From Selaginella moellendorffii (Eukaryota; Plantae; Lycopodiophyta): a stretch of DNA of 64,000 bases. The position numbers were made by a program, and so were the translations under genes. This document shows, piece after piece, positions 13,646 through 26,148 of this stretch (position 1 is the stretch's first letter; each line of letters begins with the position of its first letter). The notes under the pieces were generated by a model. The model saw only the letters and a program-made list of their open reading frames with translations. It had not been told where the DNA came from and made no database searches. The stretch covers positions 1,186,769 to 1,250,768 of the forward strand of contig NW_003314311.1 in NCBI RefSeq assembly GCF_000143415.4, given 5' to 3'.

Positions 13646-14265
13646 GGCTCTCTAAATTTGTGCGCTCAGGATCGATTACAGCAAGTGGGATCGGATCGAC
13701 GCCAGCTCCTCTGATGACGACACCAACGCTGCCGTACTCAACAACATCAGGTGAGGGTGAGATGATCCAGTGTGTGCGCGTCTTCTGCAAGCGTGATCGT
13801 AAGGGCGTGTCCAGTGAGGCGGTGGTGCTAAACACCAGCCACCCCATCTTCTCCTCCGCGCCCGTTTCGCCGGTGTCCAAGCTGATCAAGCTGCCGTTGC
13901 GAGTGTTCCAGGAGGACCCGCTGCCCAACCCGCTCGGCCACCCTCTGCGCGGACTGTACGAGAACCAGGGCATCACGTATCTCATGATTCAGCCGGACTC
14001 TGGCTTTGCACCGCTGGAGTACCAGGATGGTGTGGGAACAGCAGTGGTAGCCAGGGACGATAGGAAGCCGCTGTATGAGAAGCACCTGGAGGCCGTGTTG
14101 ATGTTTTTGTCTCACCTGCTCAACCTCTATAGTGAAGGCGACTTTATGGTTCCGCAGAGGAAGATGACTCGCTTTGGGTTTGGGGACTTCTTCCAGTCGT
14201 ACAAGCGTAGCAGGGCCTTTCTTGATCAAGCTTGGGAGCTGCTTGATTCGCCATTCGAAGACTAA
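13646..14265 (+). CDS. Uncharacterised protein resembling a fungal family (sometimes MYND-associated); terminal exon, or single exon from ATG 13714
   Basis: GC-rich, stop-free frame after acceptor TTTTAG at 13645; motifs HPIF..SPVSKL, ENQGITYLMIQPDSGFAPLEYQDGVGTAVVARDDRKPL and W..LDSPF. Confidence 0.65.
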
Positions 14266-15325
14266 AGGTATGCACAGCTAAGGAAATCAGAGCGATCTTT
14301 CTGTGGAGAGAACTTTATTAGCCTATGTGATATTGCAACACTCTGTTTTGAACAGCCTGACATACATAAGTTTCTATAAGCTTGGGAGTGTGTCTATTCG
14401 CCATTTGAAGTCTAGAGGTCAGCACTATATGTGTAGTTAGTACGTTCGGATCATGCAGCTCACAACAATTTTCTGTAATGCCATAGAAAGCATTTCTAGT
14501 AAATACAGAGTCAATGCACACTACTCACTTGTTCAGCAGACGCGCAGAGAATCTTCTTCACAATTCGTGGTACTCAAATACAGGAGCCTGAATCTCGATT
14601 ATTTGGAGATACGGCATCCACAAAGCTGTAAGTTCCGTCTGGAATCATCACTCTCCTCCCCCCGTCAGGCCAATCTGCAAATGGTGCAAAGCGCTGCTCA
14701 AAAGGTTGGGCACAAAAGGATTTAAACCATGTTGATAATACTCACATAATTATAAAAGATCTCAAACCCAAAGCTTGTGATTAAAATAAAGACGAAAAAC
14801 GCACAAAAAAGAGAGGATGAGATAAGAAAGTTCCCGACCCGTGACCACGATAAACACGCTCCAATTCTACGTTTCTCTCTGGCTCCTTATAAGCAACGTA
14901 CACCGTGCGAAAGTCTCCACTTCTCCTCCGCCAACTAAAGAAAGAACAATAACAACAACGACATCAACATCACTATCAACATTTGTAGAAAGAAGACTAT
15001 GGATCATGAAGATTCAAAGCACAAGGAGAAAAAATTCCCTTAAAAATAGTGTAGAGCTCTCTTGCATTTGTAGATCAATAAAATAAGTACATTTTCAAAA
15101 GAAATTCTTGTCTCCGGGCTAACAAGGACAAGGAGAGAACAAGCTGCCGCTTTGAAAGTCCTCCACCAGAGGGATTGGAAAAAAATCAAGCGACTGATGT
15201 TATGACGAGCTGCACGAGTAGCTTTTTTTGATCCTGTAGCTTCCTTCAGCAAAGATGACTCTTGGTGGGAGGCTTTCTTGCTCATTTGACAATACCTTGT
15301 AAAAACCGCTTGTAAATACAATATA

Positions 15326-16602
15326 TTACAGCGCTGCGAGCTCGCCAATGCTAAAGGGGTGAACGTCACTGGAAGTTCCATTCCACCACCTTGCCGCAGC
15401 GATCTTATTGAAGGCCTCGGTCTGGTGGACGCCATCCCAGAAGGCGTATTTGGATCGGTCTGGGCAGATGTTCACTCCATCGTTGCAATTCAGTACTCTA
15501 GAGCCCATCTCGCAGCAAGCCCGCGTCGATTCCTCAAAACCTTTGTGTTGATCAAGAGAGGCCATGAGGATGAGAATTATGACTCATCAATCTTCTTCTT
15601 ACCAAATTGCTGGGGATTGGTGTTGGTGTCCACCATGAGATCGTAGAAATTGGTGAGCACGATATGGATACCTTGGTGGGTGCTCGACATCTCGTCCAGG
15701 GCCGAGCGGAGCATTGTATTGTAGGATGATGCCGCGGCCTGAGCGACTGGAGCGCAGCTCCCATCCCGCTGCACATTGAGGGGAATGCATCCCACGGCGC
15801 TCAACCCAACCACGACGAACTTGCGAGCTCCCATCTCGTAGAGCCTCTGCAATAATCATGATCATCATCGCAAAGTTACCCATGAAGATCAAAACGACAC
15901 TTACATGCATTTGTTCCATGACACCGTCCAAGACGCTTTGCAGGAAATCAGTGCTGAGATTCTTACGCTGCTCAAACTCATTGTTGACGTCGTTGTTTCC
16001 AATGCATATATAGAAGATGGATTGGGAAACAAGGCTGGACGACTCGTTTGATCCAAGCTGCTGTTGGAGCTGAGAGGCCATGGATTGAAAGTCATCAACT
16101 TGTTGGGGAAGTGTCTGGGCACCTTGCTACAGCATTTAGATCAGAAGATTAATTACATCAAAGCTCGAAGATTTAGAAGATTCGAGCTCTAACCGTGTGA
16201 GTGTTGGGAAGAACTCCAGAGCTAGCTGACCCAAAGTTGGCACCTTGTTGGAAGTTCTTTGTGCCATAGTATGCAGGTGGATATGGAAGGCCAAGGTAAG
16301 ATGCTGTGCCATCAAGGAAAAGCCATTGTATATATGTAGATTAGAAAGAAATATTTTTATCTCAACTTACCAATCAAATCAACAACAAGGCAACCATTAC
16401 TAAACCTTCCAGTTGCCTGGTGATTCTCAAAATCAATGCCATAAGGAGGGTGATTCGCCCTTGCTTGAGTGTTGAGGTGTTCATTGTCGCCTGCATCCAC
16501 AAGGGAGTCCCCAAACGCAAACAAAGCTGGGACTGATGCAGTCGCAACCAAATAATCTAGCGACAATGTGGCCAAGATCAAGAAAAATGCCTGGAAATCC
16601 AT
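15326..16602 (-). CDS. GDSL esterase/lipase, 5 exons, signal peptide
   Basis: FGDSLVDAG, PPYGIDF..ATGRFSNG, GANFGSASSG, IGNND and FWDGVH blocks, joined by GT-AG introns. Confidence 0.95.
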
Positions 16603-16796
16603 TTGTATTTCTTGTATTTTATTGCTAGCTTTAATACCCAAATGAGGCGATAAGTATAGAGTCAAAGTGTTATTATTATTGTTATGTTGCCTTAATATAT
16701 CGTTTTCTTGGTTCACATAAACAAAAGTGCGTATCATTATAAAATCGTCCAATTATAGCCATATTTTCCTAAATTCCTGGATTAGGCTCTTGAAGA

Positions 16797-18209
16797 ATGA
16801 AAGCATGGAGGTCTGTAAAGCGCCAAGTCGTTCAAGAACAGATAAGTGAACAAGTTTCAGATCCGCAAGAAACCATGGTAACTGCAAGAAACTATAAATG
16901 ATTAGTTGTCTAATTTTCTTCTTCTCGCAGTGCAAAAGATATCTCTTTTGCGCGCACCACTGCAACGCTGAGGCTGAGAGCTGCGCTTTATTTAATTCAT
17001 GCCCACCTTGCTCACAGCCTTGTGAGAAGCGCTGCTTTCACAGCAGATGCCCAGACGTCTGTAGAGCTCTATGCAAGCGCTGCCTCGAGCCTTGCTCCTG
17101 GAACTGTGAGCATTTCAGCTGCAAGCTTCTCTGCTTCCAGATCTGCGAGAGGCCACGCTGTGACAGCCCGTGCACGAAGCTGCTCGGTTGTGGGCATCCC
17201 TGCATTGGCCTGTGTGGAGAGCCTTGCCCAAGTGCCTGCCGCATTTGCCATTCGGATACTTTCGATGCAATCACACGCATGACTCTGAAGGAGAGCGAGA
17301 GCTCCGACAGATTCATCGAGCTTCTCGACTGCGGCCACATCTTCGAGGTAACGGGGCTTGACCAGTGGATGGATATGGACGCTCACGGTGAGCCAGATTC
17401 TGCCAAAGCAATCGTCCCGAAATCCTGGTAACTCAAGCATCGTTCCTGATTTGACCTGTTTTTGCTTTCTTTCTTGCAGTCCCGCATGCAAGATGCCGGT
17501 CTGGAAGTCCTTTCGCTACGGAAACGTTGTGAAGGGAAAGCTGCATCAGATAGAACTCGTCAAGATGAAAGTCTATGGATACGTAAAAGCAGGGATGGAA
17601 ATGCTAGAGAGGAAACAATACGAGCAAGCACACGGACATTTCAAAGAGGTCATAAAAAACCAGCCGGGGAACTTTGAAGCACACTTCGGATTCGCTCAAG
17701 CACTGTGCGGGATGGAAGAATTCGAGCACGCCGTCCCTCATCTCCGGTTTATAGCAGAGAGTAGCAGCCTGGCCACCGAAGTTCGAAGTTTGCCAGCCAA
17801 ACACCCTGATAATCCGCTCGACTCCAGCAGCTTAAACCCCAGCTTCATCGCCGCTCCAAGCCAGTCTCTCGCGATCCAATCGCTCATCCAGTGGGGATCG
17901 GCGCTGACAAGCCTGAGCGAGTTCTCCGACGCTGCGACTCTGTGTGAGATTGTTCTCAGGCATGACAAGAACAACGCTAGCGCCGAGAGCTTGAAAGAGA
18001 TGGTGCGAAAGAGACTAACTCACCAGGTAATGGAAGCCATGCAGACGGCTGAATCCAATCTCAGAGGCAAATGGTACCAGTGCCCAGAGGGCCATGTCTA
18101 CGCTGTGGGAGATTGCGGTCGACCATATGCGGAGTCGCGGTGCCCTGACTGTGGATCGACCATAGGTGGCCTCCATGACTTAGCTGCAGGGAACAAGCAC
18201 TGGCATTAG
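16797..18209 (+). CDS. ZNFX1 C-terminal-like protein: NFX1-type Zn fingers, RING-like segment, TPRs, C-terminal RZ finger (~435 aa; exons 16797-16877, 16931-17427, 17480-18209)
   Basis: Cys-rich CTKLLGCGHPCIGLCGEPCP; CGHIFEVTGLDQWM...CPACK...RYGNVVK; RZ motif WYQCPEGHVYAVGDCG..AESRCPDCGSTIGGLH. Introns of 53 and 52 nt keep the frame. Confidence 0.85.
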
Positions 18210-18385
18210 TGGACTCATTTTATGATTGCTAGTGATAGTTTGCCTCCCCTTTCTCTCATTATCTCACTATCTCACTGTGTGTTTGGGAATACTTTTCTTT
18301 GTTAAAATATGTTGGTATTTATAGCTGGGTATATTCTTTGTTGGCTTTGCGAATTTAGGGCTTTTTGGCTAGGGTTTTAGAGAGT

Positions 18386-20705
18386 ATGCCCGCGGCAATG
18401 GAGGCGACGCAGGCGATGGACGTCGATGAGGCGCCCTTGGTGCCGCCAGAGAAGCCGCAATCGATCGAGCAGCTCACGCTTGCGTCGCTGCAGCAAGCCG
18501 CGGAGTTCTTCGGCAACGCTCCTCCAGATCCGGTAGGCGCCGAGAGGTGAGATCTCTTTAGTAGCGATGTAGCGAACCAAAGAGCTGATGGCGTCTTTCT
18601 TTGGCAGCCGGAGAATCAGGACTGCTTATAAGGTGTGTGCCCTTTTGAGAATGATTTTGTAAGGAACTTCGTACTCCTTTTGTTCTTCTCATTCTAGCGC
18701 ATGCTTACATTAATTTTTCCTCTTTTTTTTTTTTTTCCCTTGTGCCTTTCAGCAAGCGGAGTATGCTGTGGTGAAAGATCTCCCACAAATCACACAGCAG
18801 CCTCTGAAAAACGCGTACGCATTAACGAATGCTGCTGTGGATGTGAAGCCTGCGGCTTTGCCAGATGCTTCACCCGGTCAGATTGTTCGTGCGGGCCCTG
18901 TCGGTCCTCAGCCTGCTTTTACTCCTTCCGGAACACCAGAAAGGTATGTAGCGACTCACGCTCATATGTTTCCGGTTTTAACAGAGTTTTCCATTGTCTA
19001 GTGGCATAGCGAGATACCAACCGAGTGCGGCTGTAATGCGAAGGCTTCCCAGTAGGTGGCCGAAGCCGGAGTGGCATGCTCCATGGAAGAACTATAGAGT
19101 GAGACTTCACGTTTTTTCACGAGTACTGTGTATTGATCTTATTGCAACTGCACAGGTTATTAGTGCTCACTTGGGATGGGTTCGAGCGATAGCTTTCGAT
19201 CCAGGAAACGAGTGGTTCTGTACGGGATCTGCAGATCGTACAATAAAAGTAAGCTCTTTTTTTTTTTTTTCCCTTTCATTTTTATGCCGCTACTTCATTC
19301 TGACCGTTTTGTTCATTTTTAGATTTGGGATACTGCCTCAGCTACCCTGAAGTTAACGTTAACAGGTCATGTTGAGCAAGTTCGAGGTTTGCATTCTACA
19401 TTTGAAGTTTGGATTTAGTCTTAAATGTTTCTTGTATATGTTTGAAATAGGGCTGGCTGTTAGTCCACGCCATCCTTACATGTTTTCGGCTGGAGACGAC
19501 AAGCAAGTGAAATGTTGGGATCTCGAATACAACAAGGTGAGGAATGCGTCCGTTCTTAATTTAAAACTCATGCATGTCTGGGGCAGGTTATCCGATCCTA
19601 CCATGGGCACTTAAGTGGAGTTTACTGTCTTACGCTTCATCCTACTCTGGATATACTCTTAACAGGAGGAAGGGATTCCGTCTGTCGAGTAAGATTTTAA
19701 CTCATGAAGAGTGTGCCTGTTCTTATGCACACAAACTGCTTTCCAGGTCTGGGATATGCGCACAAAAGCTCAAATCTTTGCTCTATCTGGGCACGACAAC
19801 ACTGTATGCTCGGTGATAACACAAGCCACAGTAAGTTTTCAAACAGGGATTATTTTGTTTTTGTGCGTGACTCATACACTTTGGCAGGATCCACAAGTGG
19901 TGACTGGATCTCACGACTGCACGGTCAAGCTATGGAATCTAGCAGCAGGTAAGTTCTCCTAAATAGTTCAATTTGTAGTTTCACTGATAACGATTGTTCT
20001 GGTGTGCAGGAAAGACACTCTCGACTTTGACATTTCACAAAAAGTCGGTGCGCGCACTCGCCTTGCATCCGCTACAGTATGTTCGATTTTTCTTAAGTAT
20101 GTTTGTTTCACTAACTTGCCTTGCAGGCCCGCGTTTGCATCTGCCTCAGCGGACAATATTAAGAAGTTCAGCTTGCCGAGGGGCGAGTTTGTGCACAACA
20201 TGCTGTAAGTTAATTCCTTTTCTGTTTGATAGCGTCGAAACGTCAAAATTGGACATGGTTTGTGTGTTTTCTCACAGCTCACAGCAAAAGGCTATCGTTA
20301 ACTGCATGGCTTTGAACGAAGAGAACGTGCTTGTAACAGGAGGTAAAACAACGCATCGACCAGTGTAGCTTCGAATCATCTAACGTTTGCGCTGTATCAG
20401 GTGATAACGGAAGCATCTGGTTCTGGGATTGGACTAGCGGCCATAACTTCCAGCAAACTCAAACCATCGTTCAGCCAGGTACGCATTTTGGTGGGGAAGT
20501 GGTCCAGGTTGCGTAACTCTTGCTCATGGCAGGTTCGCTGGATGCCGAAGCGAGTATCTTTGCGGCTTCTTTCGACATCACCGGGACCCGACTTGTAACT
20601 TGCGAAGCTGACAAGACGATAAAAATGTGGAGGCAAGACGAGAACGCCACGCCTCAGACGCATCCGCTCAACTTCAGGCCTCCAAGGGACATTCGAAGGT
20701 TTTAG
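18386..20705 (+). CDS. PRL1: Pleiotropic regulatory locus 1 / Prp46 WD40 spliceosomal NTC protein, multi-exon
   Basis: [73 protein letters not shown]...[11 protein letters not shown]; many short introns. Confidence 0.96.
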
Positions 20706-20794
20706 TTCTCTCGGTATTGTTTGTACGCTAAAGGTATGGCTTTGGATTCCTCCAAGATGTTTGAGAAGAAAAAAAACCATTTGTAGTTGCAGGC

Positions 20795-21511
20795 TCACAT
20801 CAAACTTCCCTTGCCGTACGTAGCGCTCGCAAACTGTGACTCGAGGTGGTGGAGCTTGAGCTGCGTCCAGCACTTTTGCAACTCGTCCTCGATCTCTTTC
20901 CGGCTCTTGGCGAGCTGGATGTGGAGAGCCTCGTACTTGGCCTTTTGGCTTTCCGGATCCAGCGACTTGGTTTCGTTCTCGAGCGCTAGCAGCTCCTCCT
21001 TGATCCTCTTGAGGCCGTCGCCCATGGTCACGTACTTTTGGCGGAGGTGAGAGGGCGTGACGCTGAGAGACTTTTGCTGGAGCTCGCGGAGCTCGTCCTT
21101 GCACTTGGCAAGGCTGGCGCTGATCTCATCGTACTTGGTGTGGAGCGATGATCCGTTGGTGGCCGCCGTGTTGGTGGCCTTGGATTCGCGGCGGCGGTGG
21201 TGGTTTAAGTCCTCCAGCTGCAGTGAAGAGTTTCTTTTCAAAGCCTTGGGTCAGTGGAATTGGATTGGAATGAAAGGAAAGAAGAAGATTTGAAAGGTTT
21301 CGATGCATAGATTTGTAGAATGCAAAGGAGGAAGAAGGAATCGAGAGGATTTGGAAGAAAGAATCACACGGAAGAAGATTTGATGGGATACCTTTTGGAC
21401 GATCTGTGGATGGGTGTGGTGGATCTTCCTGCGGGACCGTATAGGCGAGCGAGTTCCCGAGAGCTCATCGACCTGATCGCTGCATCCACACACGCCCAAA
21501 AGCATTCGCAT
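20795..21511 (-). CDS. Uncharacterised coiled-coil protein (~180 aa; exons 21511-21392, 21217-20795)
   Basis: In-frame GT-AG splice; heptad-rich K/E/L sequence; GC-rich codon usage. Confidence 0.6.
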
Positions 21512-21685
21512 TCTCCTCCCTCTTCCCGCCTCTTCCAATTTAAAAGATTCTATAAGGGCGCACCCCTCTGTGGCCCTAAATATTAGGGCAAAAAAGAAGG
21601 ATATGAATGCATATTCTGTTAGGGTGTAGGGTTCTTCCCCTGTTTTAGGGCTCTTCCGAGCGCCTGGGTTTTTGCTTCTTCCGCC

Positions 21686-22622
21686 ATGGCGAGCGTGGAC
21701 GATTCTCTCGATAGTCTCCTGGACAGTGAGTGATGCGCGCGCGCACGGCGAATTCCTTGGATTCATGGGGTTTTCTTTCTTGTCTTGTGTTGCCAGGTGC
21801 GCTGGGCGATTTCAAGCCGGCGGATGCTCCATCTTCGAGGTAAGCAAGCGGCTCTCCTCCCCCGGGGTTTGATTGATCGGTCGTTAGATCGCCAGAGTCG
21901 CAGGCGCTCGGGAAGGGCTTGCCGCCGCTGCAAGTGGCGAAGAAGAGATCGTCGTCCAGCAGCAGCTCCAGCGCTAATCCAGATGTGAGCTCGAGGGACG
22001 CGACGCTGGAGAAGCTCGCGGAGAAGACCAAGGACACGGTGCACCGCATTGATCCATTGCCGCAGGCGCAAGAGCAAGAGCAAGAGCTCCTGGAGAAGAT
22101 GACCAAGGAATTTGAGTCTTACCTTGGAACAGAGGTAAAAAAGAAAGATCTCGTGTTCTTCGTTGTTCTTGCGATTCTCAAGGTTTTTATTTTTCTTTCA
22201 GGATCTACAATCCGTGATGGGGACTTTCATGCAGCAGCTCCTCTCGAAGGACGTGCTCTATCAGCCAATGCTGGAGATTGGCGAGAGATACCCGGAGTGG
22301 CTCAGCGCCAACAAGTCGAAACTCAGCCAGGAGGAGTTTGATCGATACTCGAGGCAGCACGATCTCATCAAGCAGCTCTGTCACGTCTACGAGACCACCC
22401 CGGACAACTTCAATGTCATCATGGAGCTGATGCAATCCATGCAGAGCTGCGGACAACCCCCGGCGGAGATGATCGAAGAACTCGCTCCTGGCTTGCAAAT
22501 GTAAGTCCGTGTGTGTGTTCTTCGTCCTCTCTTAACTCCTTTTTCCCAGCTTCTCACCGGATAACTTGGCCTCCTTGCCACCGGGCCTAGCAAACGAGAA
22601 CGCGAACTGCTGTATCATGTAG
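21686..22622 (+). CDS. PEX19: Peroxin 19, 5 exons
   Basis: N-terminal DDSLDSLLD; MQQLLSKDVLYQPMLEIGERYPEWL; MQSCGQPPAEM; C-terminal CaaX motif CCIM. Confidence 0.95.
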
Positions 22623-23559
22623 ACCATGGATCGATCGAGTCGAGCTCCATGTTCAAAGCTCCGACTTCCAAGCTCCAAGCTCATAGGGGGAAGGAAAAAG
22701 GTGGAGGAGACACTCCGATAAGGAATTTCATGCATTCCAGGAGCTAGCTATGCATCACAAAAGAGGCAGAAGAACGAATATCTCCTTTCAAAGTGTCTCT
22801 CTTTTATCTTCGCACTTTGATCTTAGCTTTGATCTTTGTTTCTCGCAGCTTTGATATTCTCACTATACTTTGCTGTCAAGGAGTCCCAACTTTGCAGCAC
22901 TTTGTTGCAAAACTCACAGGATTCAGGGGTCTCGTCCAATCCTCGCGGCAGTCCCGCCGTAGCTTCTCCCTGCGCTTCTCGATCCACAGCTTGAACGGTT
23001 CCATCGTGAAGAACTCCTGCGACCACTTGAGGCCGGCTTGCAGGGAACGCGTTTATAATTTCTAAACACTTCGTTCTACTATATATAATTAGATTAATTT
23101 TAAACATGTTTATAATTTATAAACTTTCTAAAACACTGTCAGGATTGATAATGTTAACAAATTTACAATAACAAAATTAACTGTTAATGCATACGGATTT
23201 TTTTAATTTCTCACCTAAAACACCTTTAGGCTATTACAAAGTTCTGAAAAACTCTTTAACCTCCTTCTCTATTCTTGCCATCTGCCACCTCAGACAAATG
23301 TCCAAGTGTTCTTGTTGATAATTCTGCACAATATATATTTTTATATGTAGATTTTAATTTTTGTGAGTTCACAATGGATTTTAATTTTTTAACTGACTGT
23401 GGGATTAATCAAAAACTATTTCGTTGGTAAATTGTATAAGAGAGTGTCAAAAATACTATTAACAATCTTGAAACTTTACTAAAATATTGTTTGAACTTCT
23501 TAAATTATTAATTTATCACAAATAATAATTTTGCGAACGTACTATGTAATGAGGAAAGG

Positions 23560-24255
23560 ACATGTTCCAGAGCTCCCAGGTCTTCGACAGTCCATTCCTG
23601 GATCTGCCAATCTACAATCCTTGCCTGGGTACATTTGCAGATGAGCAGAGCGACGGGAATGAGCCACCAGTTGTTCTCCTCCCTTCTTCATTCATAGAAA
23701 CAGCAAGTGAGCGAGAAAATCTCGAACAAAACTCCTATCGATTTTCCTTCCTTGGCGAGTGGGGTTTCTCCATCGTTTAATCCACCACCGAGTGAACTCC
23801 CCACACCCAGAGCCCCACTATCATTCTCGGATCCAGTATTTTGGAAGAGGAGCGCCACCCCGATCCATCTACCAGCATTTCGTTCTTGGCAGAAGCCCTT
23901 CCCCGATTTTAGCTCGAGTAGCGAGATGCAGGCAGATCCGCGATCTAACAGAGTGTCATGGATGCCATATGGTTCAAGTAGATGGTATGATATTTTATTA
24001 TTGGAACCCGGTTGCTGAGATGATGGCTACCAGGTAAGTGTAGAGGTAAACCGGTGTAGAAGACCCGGGTTCGATGCCGAAGGGTTCAATCAACAAGGAC
24101 TTTTATGCAAAAATCTTGCTCTTTAAGTAGCCTTTGTTCTGGTTCGCTAGCTCACTAAAACAACTTAGACCAGTCGGTTAGGGCCTCGGTTTCCCAAAGC
24201 ATACGTTTCGGGTTCGATTCTTGCCAATGCTACTTGTAAGGCAAAAAATGTTCGA
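23560..24255 (+). repeat. Local dispersed repeat, type A, ending in two tRNA-like A/B-box modules
   Basis: High similarity to 29990-30688, 32005-32600 and (reverse) 51388-52100; contains GGGTTCGATGCC and GGGTTCGATTC. Confidence 0.85.
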
Positions 24256-24825
24256 ATAAGTTCCTCTTGCCTGCTCCGATACCATGTGGTTATTATTGTT
24301 ATGACGGTTGATACATGGTTAAATGTATGAGTTTATCGTGACAATTTGTGGCAGCGTCGTGGCCCTGCGCGCTGACGTGGTCTTGTTCACTCCCACATCT
24401 ATTTGATGATCTCGCGAAATCTCTCTCCTCGTGTCCCTGCATTCGAAGTTTTCTCCCGGTCGAGAACTTTGTCTGGCCTCTCGAAAATGAGCAACGGGGT
24501 TCCACGATTCCGGAGAGTGAGGTATGCTTGTCTTTTATTGTGATGCCTTTTTTTTGTTTGTTTCTTTTTCCTCCAGAGATGAGATGGTCCAGAAGAAATG
24601 CATAGAAATATTTTCTTCTATCAGCTAGCTGGTGCTAGCTTGGAGGACCTAAGAAAACGGCTGCAATGCAGAATTCTCCAGCATGCACTAGTTCAAAATC
24701 AGCCGGCACCATGAGGGAACACAGCTCAGGTCTCTAAGCCAAGAGACCTGGGCAAATCTCTTATTATAAGACCTTGCATCATGAGATGCAATTGATTTAT
24801 AACTACTGTTCGAGGATTAGGATTA

Positions 24826-25083
24826 TTATGGAGCTGGAGAGGGGCACAACTCATCGTCGCAGGTGAGTTTGAGATTCTGGAACAGGTTGAGCTCGCAGCC
24901 GCAGGTCTCAGCGATGTCGATCAGGAGCTGGCAGCACTTGTCGCCTTGAATTGGAACACGGCAAGCTTCAGGAAGCATGACGTTGAGGCAATCGATTACT
25001 GGAGCAGCAGAAGAAGCCTGTTTGATTGAAGATGCAAGAACAATGGAAACAAGGATGAGGAGAGCGCACTTGGAATTCTTCAT
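24826..25083 (-). CDS. Small secreted 8-cysteine-motif (nsLTP/prolamin-like) protein, 85 aa
   Basis: Signal peptide; C-x8-C-x8-CC-x9-CGC-x11-C-x4-C; TATATAAA about 45 bp upstream. Confidence 0.8.
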   Translation of the reverse strand: MKNSKCALLILVSIVLASSIKQASSAAPVIDCLNVMLPEACRVPIQGDKCCQLLIDIAETCGCELNLFQNLKLTCDDELCPSPAP

Positions 25084-25494
25084 AGTGCTTGGAACAAGCG
25101 CAGAGACGATATGCACACTAGCCAGTTTATATAGTGGGAGAAGAATGGCTTCACCAGCGTGCCAACTAGGCATGCGCATTAGTCAACAGCGCTTTTAGGT
25201 GTTCCTACCGCAGAATCCCGATATAATCTATAAGGTGATTGTGATTGTTTGTTGGAGCTTCCATAGCTGCTTGCTCCATTTGCTCTAGCTAGAGTGCTGT
25301 TCTTTTCCTCTAAGAATATCCTAGCCTAACATTTTCCTGATACTCCTCTGGAGATCCTCCTTTTGCTCCTCCTGCTCGCTAGTGGCCAGAAACCAAGGAG
25401 CTAAAATCTGGTTAAAACAACTGGATAGATTGACTGAGCATCCCTAGAATATGCCTTAAGGGAATCTTTAGGGAATGTTTTAATATTTCCGCAT

Positions 25495-26045
25495 TCTCTA
25501 ATTAGCTCCATACTTAGCCAAAAAAATCTTAGACATATAAGTGCATTCAAATATAACCATAGAAGGTGTATGAAAATATAAAAACCCAATTTCAGTAATT
25601 CTTGATAGAGGATCAATATAATTGAGCTTGCAACCTGCAAAGTCTGGGGCTTGGATTAATCCATCTAGCTTGCTTTCCCTTAGGAATTGAAAAAAACATT
25701 GTGATTAATAGAGAAACCCACCAATTTAAAATCCACCTTGTGGTGCTAAAAAGAATCTTTCTATGAGTACTTCATAGCATACTATGACTAGGGATAATCA
25801 GACAATCTAACAAATTCCCAAAGCCAAAAGTTTACTGATGGTTCAAGTACATAGTATGATATGCTGAGATCATGGGTATCAAGAGGTAAACTACTTGAGT
25901 TTAATGCCAAAGAGTCCAAACTTTTATGCAAAAATTTTGCTCAATAAGTTATTATTCATCTAACTAAAATAGATTAAACCAGTTAAGTAGGACCTCAGTT
26001 TCCCAAAGCATACGTTTCGGGTTCGATTCTGGTATAGATAAAAGG
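25495..26045 (+). repeat. Local dispersed repeat, type B (diverged relative of type A)
   Basis: Aligns to 31402-31910; shares ACTTTTATGCAAAAAT...TTTCCCAAAGCATACGTTTCGGGTTCGATTC with type A. Confidence 0.8.
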
Positions 26046-26148
26046 AAAAAGAATTTACATTTGAGACCTTGATGAAAGCTTGTGGATCTTGCATTCCTGA
26101 AACAATATCGTGTATCAAGTATTCGTGCTTCTTTCCCTTTCAGGAGTC

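Noticed and set aside
14280-14700. Minus-strand segment with apparent tiny GT-AG introns
   Set aside because: I could not assemble an open frame or recognise a product.
22790-23107. Short GC-rich ORFs after PEX19
   Set aside because: No start context or recognisable motif; at most a gene fragment.
23562-24037. ORFs within repeat A
   Set aside because: Reading frames are not conserved between copies.
24025-24230. Functional tRNA genes
   Set aside because: Acceptor and anticodon stems do not pair; only A/B-box similarity remains.
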